Source: a virus (lineage: Duplodnaviria; Caudoviricetes). From it: 45,383 nucleotides of DNA. The first letter of the stretch is position 1, and every line of letters begins with the position of its first letter. Made by a program: the position numbers and the translations under genes. The stretch is taken from IMG/VR virus record IMGVR_UViG_3300020045_012446, positions 1 to 45,383 of that record. One strand, 5' to 3'. This document shows positions 9,384 to 16,695 of this stretch, in pieces. Under the pieces are notes generated by a model. It was not told the DNA's origin and made no database searches. It worked only from the letters and a program-made list of their open reading frames with translations.

Positions 9384-9705
9384 TCTGTTTTTCTTTTAAA
9401 GTGCAATTTAATAAATCGGTATAATTTCTTAAATCAATCAATGTGTCTGATACACTTTCATTTTTAGCTTCTTTACCACTAAAAAATAAATTACATAAAC
9501 GTTGGATTTTTAAAAGAATATAAAACATGTGGGTTCCTTCTATTTTAGTCATATCGACTTCTAAAAGTTTCATTAGCTCATTCATTTGTTTAAAATTCTT
9601 TAATACATCTCCATCATCGGCATAATCATATCCTTTGGATTTTAATAATTCTATTCCTTGTTTATTGATTTGTTCAATAAACTCTAATTGTTCTTTTTGT
9701 TTCAT
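9373..9705 (-). CDS. Nucleotide-modification-associated alpha-helical domain (Nmad1/DUF1599-like)
   Basis: KGYDYA..NF..KIQRL..ESVSDTLIDLRNY pattern; lies inside the modification cluster. Confidence 0.6.
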   Translation of the reverse strand: MKQKEQLEFIEQINKQGIELLKSKGYDYADDGDVLKNFKQMNELMKLLEVDMTKIEGTHMFYILLKIQRLCNLFFSGKEAKNESVSDTLIDLRNYTDLLNCTLKEKQNVK

Positions 9706-10328
9706 TCGAAATAATAAGGGTTTTCTTTTGTTTTAAATTCAAAACATTTGGTTAATTTTTTATTTTTAAAATTTATCAATAACATTTCTCCTGGGGGTGT
9801 TGGATATGAATTTTGGAATTTAGTACTTGATATATTTAATTCATCGTCTATAAACATTGGAGAAATTTCATTTCTAAAAAGAGTAACCTGAGTTCCGTGT
9901 GTCATTAAACAACTAAATGTTCCATCAATATCATCTAATTTTTTCCCGTAACTGTTTTCCCAAACGTGAAGTAATTTAGTATCCCAATCTTCATTAGTTC
10001 CTAGTTCTTTATTCATCATTCTAATACAATCCTCCTTTATAATACCGTTATGCCATAAATAGCTATTTAAGAATTGACTCGGATGTATGCATTCTTTATT
10101 TTTAGCACTTGTCGTTGGAGCTTGAGTATGAGCTATATAATAATTGCCTTCAGTAAGATTATCTATTAAGCCATAATTGAATTCACCAAAATCTTTATCA
10201 ACTATTGTGATATTATTTGTAGTTATATCATATTCTGATAAACTATATGAGTGGTTTCCTCTATAAGAGTTTAATTCGATTAATTCTTTTAATTTATCCC
10301 TGTCAAAACTACCTACTATTGCACACAT
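9702..10328 (-). CDS. Class II (Ntn) glutamine amidotransferase; start revised to 10328 (MCAIVG)
   Basis: N-terminal Cys2, RG, HTQAPT, HP, WHNGII and DT motifs. ATG overlaps the queC stop (TAATG). Confidence 0.8.
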   Translation of the reverse strand: MCAIVGSFDRDKLKELIELNSYRGNHSYSLSEYDITTNNITIVDKDFGEFNYGLIDNLTEGNYYIAHTQAPTTSAKNKECIHPSQFLNSYLWHNGIIKEDCIRMMNKELGTNEDWDTKLLHVWENSYGKKLDDIDGTFSCLMTHGTQVTLFRNEISPMFIDDELNISSTKFQNSYPTPPGEMLLINFKNKKLTKCFEFKTKENPYYFE

Positions 10329-11068
10329 TATTTCCAAGGTATTTCTATGGAGTAAGGAATTGGATCTTTAATTCCTACTTTCATAAAGTTCATAATTCGT
10401 TCTGAACATGAAGGGCATTTACCACAACTTTCTCCTTTTTCGTTTGGGTTGTAGCAAGTTAAAGTATTTTCCAATAAACTAACTTTATCTAACTCTATAC
10501 ATATTTCTATTTCTTGAGCTTTAGATAAGTGACTAAACGGAGCTACTATTTCTACTTTATGGGTTCTATTTTGTGATGCTACTTTATTAACACTATCAAC
10601 AAATGTTTGGGATGTATCCCAATACCCGTATTCATCATGAACTTGAAGCCCGGTAAATACATGAGAAGCATTCTCAACTTCTGCTACGGATAAAGTTAAT
10701 GATAATAATATCATGTTTCGAAAAGGAACATATGTTGGTGGTTGAGGATCTCCTAATACATCTTTGATATTAGGCATCTCAACAGAAGTACCACCTATAT
10801 TAGCACAAATGGGCTTTGCAATTTCTCCCAAAATAGATAAGTCTATTATTTTATGTTTAATACCTAACATATGACATAAAGTAAATGCTTTTCCTAATTC
10901 TATTTTTTGTTTTTGACCATAATCATAACTAATTGCTGATACGTTTTCTTTTCCGTATTTTTCAACTAATAACATAGTCATAACACTACTATCTAATCCG
11001 CCTGATAAAACCGCAATTACTTTTTTATCAGTATTTGGTAGATTTTCTAATGATTGTTTTAAATTCAT
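10328..11068 (-). CDS. queC: 7-cyano-7-deazaguanine synthase
   Basis: LSGGLDS, DYGQK, TYVPFRN, TCY...CGKCPSC zinc site. Confidence 0.95.
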   Translation of the reverse strand: MNLKQSLENLPNTDKKVIAVLSGGLDSSVMTMLLVEKYGKENVSAISYDYGQKQKIELGKAFTLCHMLGIKHKIIDLSILGEIAKPICANIGGTSVEMPNIKDVLGDPQPPTYVPFRNMILLSLTLSVAEVENASHVFTGLQVHDEYGYWDTSQTFVDSVNKVASQNRTHKVEIVAPFSHLSKAQEIEICIELDKVSLLENTLTCYNPNEKGESCGKCPSCSERIMNFMKVGIKDPIPYSIEIPWK

Positions 11069-11085
11069 TCTATAAATTTATTATA

Positions 11086-11118
11086 TGCCAGGTATTATTA
11101 AGCGTATAGGCAAACGCT
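11086..11118 (-). ncRNA. Candidate cis-regulatory H-type pseudoknot upstream of queC
   Basis: AGCGT-TTGCCTAT-ACGCT-TAATAATACCT-GGCA. P1 is 5 bp and loop TGCC pairs with the 3' GGCA. Ends 17 nt before the queC ATG. Confidence 0.5.
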
Positions 11119-11122
11119 ATTA

Positions 11123-11350
11123 TCATATAATATTTGTTTTTACCAAATATTTTTTCTCAATTTTAGGGATTACTCTATTATCAGTATTTGGTACTAATTT
11201 TACTTTTTGAGTATCATAAAATCCTTTTTTACTTAAAAATTCTAAAATTTTTAAATCATTATTATCCAAACAATGAATATTAGATATTACCCTCCGACAT
11301 AGTCGGAAGGCTTCATCTCTTGAGGCAGTAACTATACTTTCCTTAGACAT
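11123..11350 (-). CDS. Hypothetical protein
   Basis: Fits the gene string. Confidence 0.5.
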   Translation of the reverse strand: MSKESIVTASRDEAFRLCRRVISNIHCLDNNDLKILEFLSKKGFYDTQKVKLVPNTDNRVIPKIEKKYLVKTNII

Positions 11351-11352
11351 AA

Positions 11353-11562
11353 TTAATATGTTTGAGGAACCCCCATTGCATTAAAATATCCTGTTAGAAA
11401 TGTTATTGGATAGCACATTACTTTTCCTTCATAACCCCCCTGTTTAATATTTTTAGAAGCAACTTTAATACCTTGTTTTTTAGCTTCTTGGAATACTTTT
11501 TGACCTAGATCCATTCCTGCTCTTTTACCTAAATATTCATATAAACTTGCATATGATTCCAT
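11353..11562 (-). CDS. Conserved small phage protein
   Basis: SLYEYLGKRAG...YEGKVMCYP pattern. Confidence 0.6.
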   Translation of the reverse strand: MESYASLYEYLGKRAGMDLGQKVFQEAKKQGIKVASKNIKQGGYEGKVMCYPITFLTGYFNAMGVPQTY

Positions 11563-11580
11563 AAACTATTATTTTAATTA

Positions 11581-11778
11581 TTATTTACCGGGCTCCAATG
11601 TTTTCACCCCCTCATTTACTTCCGATTTGGGAGCTAATTCTTGTTGATTTTGGGAAGATGGTCTTAAAGTTTCAATTGCAGTAAGTACTGTAGTAGCGTC
11701 TTGTAAACTTAAAACTCCTCCTTTTTGAGCTAATAGTGCTACTTGAATTAGGACGTCGATTGCTTGTGTTTCTTTCAT
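11581..11778 (-). CDS. Hypothetical protein
   Basis: Fits the gene string. Confidence 0.55.
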   Translation of the reverse strand: MKETQAIDVLIQVALLAQKGGVLSLQDATTVLTAIETLRPSSQNQQELAPKSEVNEGVKTLEPGK

Positions 11779-11779
11779 G

Positions 11780-12586
11780 TTAAATTTGTTTGTTAATTAT
11801 TTTTCTAAATGTTTTTATATTATCGAATATACAATCTAAAGTTTTTAAATCCAAATCTTTTTCAAAATATTTTTCCATTTTATTTATAGACTTAGTTTTC
11901 ATATTATCTTCATTATATAAACCATCTTCAATTCCTTTAATTATTGGTGAAGAGGTATCTACCGAATTGACTACTCCAGGCAATGCCTGATTATAATAAT
12001 GGAATTCTGTTACGTCTGTTGCTCCGAGAAGATGAATCCAATGCTGTTCTTTTATAACACCTTCATCCCATAATTTTTTTATTAATTTAATTCTACCTAT
12101 TTTAGATTTTAATATAGGATCTTCAACACTTCCTACCTCATTTTGATAAGCAACTGAAGCATGATTGAAAGCAAAGTGTCTGTATCCTAAATCGGTACAA
12201 TGTCTATAAAGTAACTCTATTTCAGAAAATGATTTGCCTTGTAAAACTACCATCAAATTTAATTTTGGTTCTAATACACCGCTATTTTTTAATCCCATCC
12301 AATATTTAGCATCCTTTAAGGTGGTTGTAGAATCGTTCCACGAGTCTTGCACTATATATACATGGCATTTAGTTTCTTTAATGAGTTGTACTTGTTCTTG
12401 AATTGTGTAAGTTTCCCCCTCAAAGAGACCATTATCTGCTATTAAAAGACCTTGATAACCATCCATGAATTTTTTATATTCTGGGTATCTTCTGTAAAAA
12501 TATGGCAATAGATATTGGTAATCATTATACTTTTTACTTTCTTCAAGTAAACACAGTGGGGATTCATGTGAAATTAATATAGACAT
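11780..12586 (-). CDS. TGT/DpdA-like 7-deazaguanine transglycosylase or ribosyltransferase (divergent)
   Basis: LIADNG (variant of the TGT DSG motif), VVLQG, IHLLG and SVDTSS motifs; lies within the que cluster. Confidence 0.7.
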   Translation of the reverse strand: MSILISHESPLCLLEESKKYNDYQYLLPYFYRRYPEYKKFMDGYQGLLIADNGLFEGETYTIQEQVQLIKETKCHVYIVQDSWNDSTTTLKDAKYWMGLKNSGVLEPKLNLMVVLQGKSFSEIELLYRHCTDLGYRHFAFNHASVAYQNEVGSVEDPILKSKIGRIKLIKKLWDEGVIKEQHWIHLLGATDVTEFHYYNQALPGVVNSVDTSSPIIKGIEDGLYNEDNMKTKSINKMEKYFEKDLDLKTLDCIFDNIKTFRKIINKQI

Positions 12587-12587
12587 A

Positions 12588-12974
12588 TTATTTTATTATA
12601 AATTGTGGGTAATTGACCTTACATTCTTTATATTTTTGTGTAATTTCGTCTAATCTATTATCACCTAAATATGTATTATTTATTATTTTTTCTATTTTAA
12701 TATCAATTTCTCTTAATAGCAGATCTGGTGATTTATGACGAGACATAAAAAACAGATCTTCTATTTCATATTTGTCAAATAATAATTTAATTTTACATGA
12801 TCTAGTATATTTTTCTAATATTTCAACTTTAGTATCAATGAATATTTTTGGACCTATTTTAGGTACATAAATCTCATTTTTTATAGAGGTTGGAATCCAC
12901 AATAACACCTTTATATCTTTTGGAATTTCATTAACGATAAAATCAACATATCGTTCCATAACGTTATTATCCAT
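12588..12974 (-). CDS. Hypothetical protein
   Basis: Fits the gene string. Confidence 0.5.
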   Translation of the reverse strand: MDNNVMERYVDFIVNEIPKDIKVLLWIPTSIKNEIYVPKIGPKIFIDTKVEILEKYTRSCKIKLLFDKYEIEDLFFMSRHKSPDLLLREIDIKIEKIINNTYLGDNRLDEITQKYKECKVNYPQFIIK

Positions 12975-12977
12975 ATT

Positions 12978-13229
12978 TTAATTTTTAATTATCCAAGCCG
13001 CAGCTGTTCTAGTTCCTTGTTCTACGCAAGTTAATCCTTTATCAACTTGAACGTAGCACTCTTTGTTTTCATCAATTAGTTCTTCAAATTTCTTATCAGA
13101 AACACATAAAACAATTATATCACAATCTAAAGGTGTTATACCTAAATTTTTAACAGCATGTGCTACTTGAGAAGCAACCTTACCTTCAGGCATTTTTAAG
13201 TTTTTTCTATATATGGCTTTAATCTTCAT
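12978..13229 (-). CDS. Peptidyl-tRNA hydrolase PTH2-like (compact)
   Basis: RKNLKMPEGKVASQVAHA and VDKGLT..GTRT match PTH2 motifs. Confidence 0.75.
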   Translation of the reverse strand: MKIKAIYRKNLKMPEGKVASQVAHAVKNLGITPLDCDIIVLCVSDKKFEELIDENKECYVQVDKGLTCVEQGTRTAAAWIIKN

Positions 13230-13407
13230 ATTCTCCAGCGTCTAAGTCAAATTTAACACTATCGATATTATGTTCAGCATTTACTACATTTAAATGGTAA
13301 TAATCTTTTAATTGTTCTTTAGCTAATTCTAATGCTTCTTCTTCACTATCGGCTTCAATATCAAAATTAACATTAAAACTTACTTTTCCTTGTATATTAA
13401 ATTCCAT
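13219..13407 (-). CDS. Small acidic hypothetical protein
   Basis: IEADSEEEA pattern. Confidence 0.55.
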   Translation of the reverse strand: MEFNIQGKVSFNVNFDIEADSEEEALELAKEQLKDYYHLNVVNAEHNIDSVKFDLDAGEYED

Positions 13408-13409
13408 AA

Positions 13410-13967
13410 TTATATTTCTATTTTATCTAAACTACCATCTGTTTTACTATAACCAACATAACTTGGTTTTAAATCAAATTGAGTTCCATTAAATTTTTCT
13501 ATATATTTTTGTCCCATACCTTGTTTGATATAAGCTATAGTCATGTGGGGATGATAATCGTGTGGGGACTCTTCATGAGGTAATGATGAAAGAGATTTAT
13601 TATTTTTAAATAAATAAGGATGTCTTCCTTTTCTTAAATTACCCACATCCAATTTTAACACATCATATTTAGGACTATCGAATATAGAAATATTATAACC
13701 AACAAACCTTATAGGTTGTTCTTTTTGAGAAATAATATTTTTTACATCATCTGTAGTTACGTTATCATGTAATCCGTATAACAAAGTGACATGTGGGTCT
13801 GTTTCTAATCCAAATGATGGATCTTCTTCATCAATATATAAATCATTCTCATCTATTTGACTATGAATTTCTTTTATTTGAGGAAAATCGAAGAATAACA
13901 TTACACAACCAAAGTTATGTTTATTATCCTCTAATAATAATTTATTAATTGCTTTTCTTAAATCCAT
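13410..13967 (-). CDS. 2H phosphoesterase, Acb1/T4 gp57B-like
   Basis: Two HxT motifs: PHVTLLYG and PHMTIAY. Confidence 0.75.
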   Translation of the reverse strand: MDLRKAINKLLLEDNKHNFGCVMLFFDFPQIKEIHSQIDENDLYIDEEDPSFGLETDPHVTLLYGLHDNVTTDDVKNIISQKEQPIRFVGYNISIFDSPKYDVLKLDVGNLRKGRHPYLFKNNKSLSSLPHEESPHDYHPHMTIAYIKQGMGQKYIEKFNGTQFDLKPSYVGYSKTDGSLDKIEI

Positions 13968-13968
13968 A

Positions 13969-14181
13969 TTAAATAATTATAGATGTTCTAATAGATTTCC
14001 CATCTATTTCTTGGTAACATATTAATTTATTATCTTTTTCTTCAATAGAATAAACACCATATTCACTGCTTAAAAATTTATGAAATTCTCCTTTACTAAT
14101 ATGTTGTTTTTCTTTTAAATAATATAATGATTTCATCATATCTTCTAATAAAGGTTTTCTTATATTATTTTCTATCATCAT
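13969..14181 (-). CDS. Hypothetical protein (start revised to reduce overlap with queD)
   Basis: In-frame ATG at 14181. Confidence 0.45.
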   Translation of the reverse strand: MMIENNIRKPLLEDMMKSLYYLKEKQHISKGEFHKFLSSEYGVYSIEEKDNKLICYQEIDGKSIRTSIII

Positions 14182-14725
14182 ATTCAATAACTCCTTTTTC
14201 TTTTGCATAAGCTTCAATTAATAAACCATTTTGGCTATAAAAATGTCCCGATTCTGTTTCTGATATACTCATTCTAACGCATTCAGTAAAACAATTTGGA
14301 GTTTCATATATTTTTACTCCATGAATTTTTAATCCTGTTTTAGTATCAGGATATAATGTTTCTGATAATATATCCATTGCTATGAATATCTCTTTCGCAA
14401 TATTTTCTACTGAAGGATTACAATATTCTCCTTCTCCATTTAAAGACATTAACCATAATTTAGTTCCGTATTGTTTGGTGGTTTGGATTAATAATTCATC
14501 TTTTGGATTAAGAATCATCCCATGATCTAGTTTATCATCAATCCATTGACAAAATACTCTTTTTATTTCTTTAAAATCAATCGCATAACCAATTTCTTCC
14601 ATATTTTCGAAAGAAAAAGTTAATTCATATAGGTAAGTGTGTCCATGGATATTGAAACACTTCATAAATTCATTCATTACTCTGTGCCCCGAATCAAAAT
14701 TACCTTTTCGTGTAATTAATTGCAT
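14165..14725 (-). CDS. queD: 6-carboxy-5,6,7,8-tetrahydropterin synthase
   Basis: FDSGHR, CFNIHGHTY, IDF, LDH, PSVEN and YET motifs. Confidence 0.92.
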   Translation of the reverse strand: MQLITRKGNFDSGHRVMNEFMKCFNIHGHTYLYELTFSFENMEEIGYAIDFKEIKRVFCQWIDDKLDHGMILNPKDELLIQTTKQYGTKLWLMSLNGEGEYCNPSVENIAKEIFIAMDILSETLYPDTKTGLKIHGVKIYETPNCFTECVRMSISETESGHFYSQNGLLIEAYAKEKGVIEYDDRK

Positions 14726-14737
14726 GATTTTAGTTTT

Positions 14738-15280
14738 TTAGTTAATATTTCTTTTTAGTACTATACTTGTTGCGGGATGGCCTCCCATTTCCCATTTTAT
14801 TACTGTTTTTCGAGAATATCCCGATATTTTATTATTTTTGGTTATTTCACTATAAATCCCAAAATACCCACTTTCATCATAACTGGTTATTAATATATTA
14901 TCAGGTTTTTTAGATTTACAAAAAATTGTTATAATTTTATATATAGTGGAATATATTTTTATTAAATTTGCATTACCTTTTTTAGGTAAATTTCCACTTA
15001 AATCTTTGATATCATTCTTTACCGTAAATCCTACACTAAATATAGTTCCATCCAATTTTTTATCTTCTTTATCTCCAGGAAGATATATACCATCAGGATA
15101 TTCTACTATACTATATGAATAAACAACATCTCCAACTTTAAAATCACCTCCTCTTAACCCCCCATTAATGGGAACTGCATTATTTATATTTAGTACTACT
15201 TCTTTAATTATTCCTAAACTTTCTAAAACGGAATGATCATTTTGAGATAAATCCATATTTAACATATCTTTTACATTCAT
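14738..15280 (-). CDS. Hypothetical protein (start probably 15280)
   Basis: The promoter motif at 15302-15330 lies upstream of this ATG. Confidence 0.6.
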   Translation of the reverse strand: MNVKDMLNMDLSQNDHSVLESLGIIKEVVLNINNAVPINGGLRGGDFKVGDVVYSYSIVEYPDGIYLPGDKEDKKLDGTIFSVGFTVKNDIKDLSGNLPKKGNANLIKIYSTIYKIITIFCKSKKPDNILITSYDESGYFGIYSEITKNNKISGYSRKTVIKWEMGGHPATSIVLKRNIN

Positions 15281-15301
15281 TATTATAATTTTATTTGTAT
15301 G

Positions 15302-15330
15302 AATATACAAAGGTCTCTTATAGAGACCTA
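15302..15330 (-). promoter_or_regulatory. Promoter motif variant TAGG-N15-TTTGTATATT, overlapping a hairpin
   Basis: Same spacing as the other copies. Confidence 0.45.
15311..15329 (-). terminator. Hairpin after the endolysin
   Basis: 8-bp stem AGGTCTCT/AGAGACCT. Confidence 0.55.
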
Positions 15331-15357
15331 GTAATTTTAAATATATTTTATAAAATT

Positions 15358-16005
15358 TTATACGAATTTAGAATATTTAAGAGTTGCTTTTATTCTATCA
15401 TCTAGTCCGTTAGTACCACCATTTACTAATTTAGATACGCGAGTGATAGATATAGAATCTATCCCCTTATCACACTCAATCCATATTTTTTTAGAATTAA
15501 AATAAAACATAGCAGATTCAAAAGCATATTTAGTTGCTACTAAATCGGGGTTAGTCATTATTTCAGGATCTTTCATAAATTGGGAGAATTTTAAGTAATT
15601 TTCTCTTCCTGTTAACTGAATTATCCCTCTTCCACGAAACTTCCAACCATCGCCACTATCTTCATTGCCATTTCCATTTTGATTGGCATACACAAAATTT
15701 GCGATTTTATCAGGATGACCCAATAAAGAATTTACTTTAAGTTTTTCCTCTGGACTTAACCATTTATCTCTATTAGTATCAAAATCACTTTTGAATATTT
15801 CTAACATCCTTTTAGCAGAATAATTCAAATTTTCTGAGAATATTCGGAAATTCCCTGATTCTACACACGCCTGCCCAAAAAAATGAGATGCTCTACGAGT
15901 TGTAGGAATTTGTAGATGTTTTGATATGGCTTTAAAAGAGTTTTCCCCAAAATCCCCATCAGGTTCTAAACCGCATTTTTGCTGCAATAATTGAAGTGCG
16001 TTCAT
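15358..16005 (-). CDS. GH19 (chitinase-like) endolysin with short peptidoglycan-binding N-terminus
   Basis: HFFGQACVESGNF, ENLNYS, FRGRGIIQLTG and NGGTNGLDDR; N-terminal LQ..G..PDG.FG. Confidence 0.9.
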   Translation of the reverse strand: MNALQLLQQKCGLEPDGDFGENSFKAISKHLQIPTTRRASHFFGQACVESGNFRIFSENLNYSAKRMLEIFKSDFDTNRDKWLSPEEKLKVNSLLGHPDKIANFVYANQNGNGNEDSGDGWKFRGRGIIQLTGRENYLKFSQFMKDPEIMTNPDLVATKYAFESAMFYFNSKKIWIECDKGIDSISITRVSKLVNGGTNGLDDRIKATLKYSKFV

Positions 16006-16007
16006 AA

Positions 16008-16253
16008 TTATTCTTTTGGTTTACCTTCATTAGAATTTTTAATACCAGACCAAGTTGTCATACCAAATAGAGCTGCTATAAAAGCGTAATCAATGGTTAA
16101 TACCATTTCTAGTTGTGATAAATCACCAATCATCAACCACTTAGCATGAACTATTACTACTAATATAATTAATATGGCGGCTGTTAGTTTTCTTAAACTA
16201 AATCCTTCCAAATTAGTTTTAAAACTATTTAATAATTCTTCTGATATTTTCAT
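16008..16253 (-). CDS. Putative holin
   Basis: 81 aa, two TM segments, adjacent to the endolysin. Confidence 0.6.
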   Translation of the reverse strand: MKISEELLNSFKTNLEGFSLRKLTAAILIILVVIVHAKWLMIGDLSQLEMVLTIDYAFIAALFGMTTWSGIKNSNEGKPKE

Positions 16254-16555
16254 CCTCTTAATCTGTCATTCTCTCTCTCAAGATGTTCTACTTTTGTTGT
16301 TAATGAAGCTACTTTACCTGTTAAAGTAATTATAGTTTCAAACATTTTTGATTTTTCTTTAGTAGATTCAATTAAAAGTGCTTCTAAATTAGAAACCCTT
16401 GCTCTTAAATCTTCCCTATATAGGTGTTCTTCTTTTTTATATTCTTGTTCTATTCTTCTTTTTTCAACTAATTTTTTTTCGTAATACTTCCAGGCTTCGT
16501 TAGATCCTAATAAGGTAATAATAGCAATAATGATGGGTATAATTGTTGATTCCAA
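16250..16555 (-). CDS. N-terminal TM plus coiled-coil protein of the lysis cassette
   Basis: Hydrophobic N-terminus and heptad-rich C-terminus; TTG start. Confidence 0.55.
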   Translation of the reverse strand: MESTIIPIIIAIITLLGSNEAWKYYEKKLVEKRRIEQEYKKEEHLYREDLRARVSNLEALLIESTKEKSKMFETIITLTGKVASLTTKVEHLERENDRLRG

Positions 16556-16593
16556 ATCTATTGTAAGTTTAATTTATATCTATAAATATAGAA

Positions 16594-16610
16594 GGCCCTC
16601 TAAGAGGGCC
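16594..16610 (-). terminator. Hairpin after the RNR gene
   Basis: GGCCCTC/GAGGGCC stem followed by a T-rich tract on the minus strand. Confidence 0.65.
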
Positions 16611-16695
16611 GACTATTTTTATTTATTTTCTATAATAAACAACGAATAAATCCAACAAGATTTACCCAAATAGGTATAAGATTCTTTTTCCATAA

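Noticed and set aside
16625-16693. 24-aa ORF after nrdJ (MEKESYTY...)
   Set aside because: Very short, no coupling or motif support.
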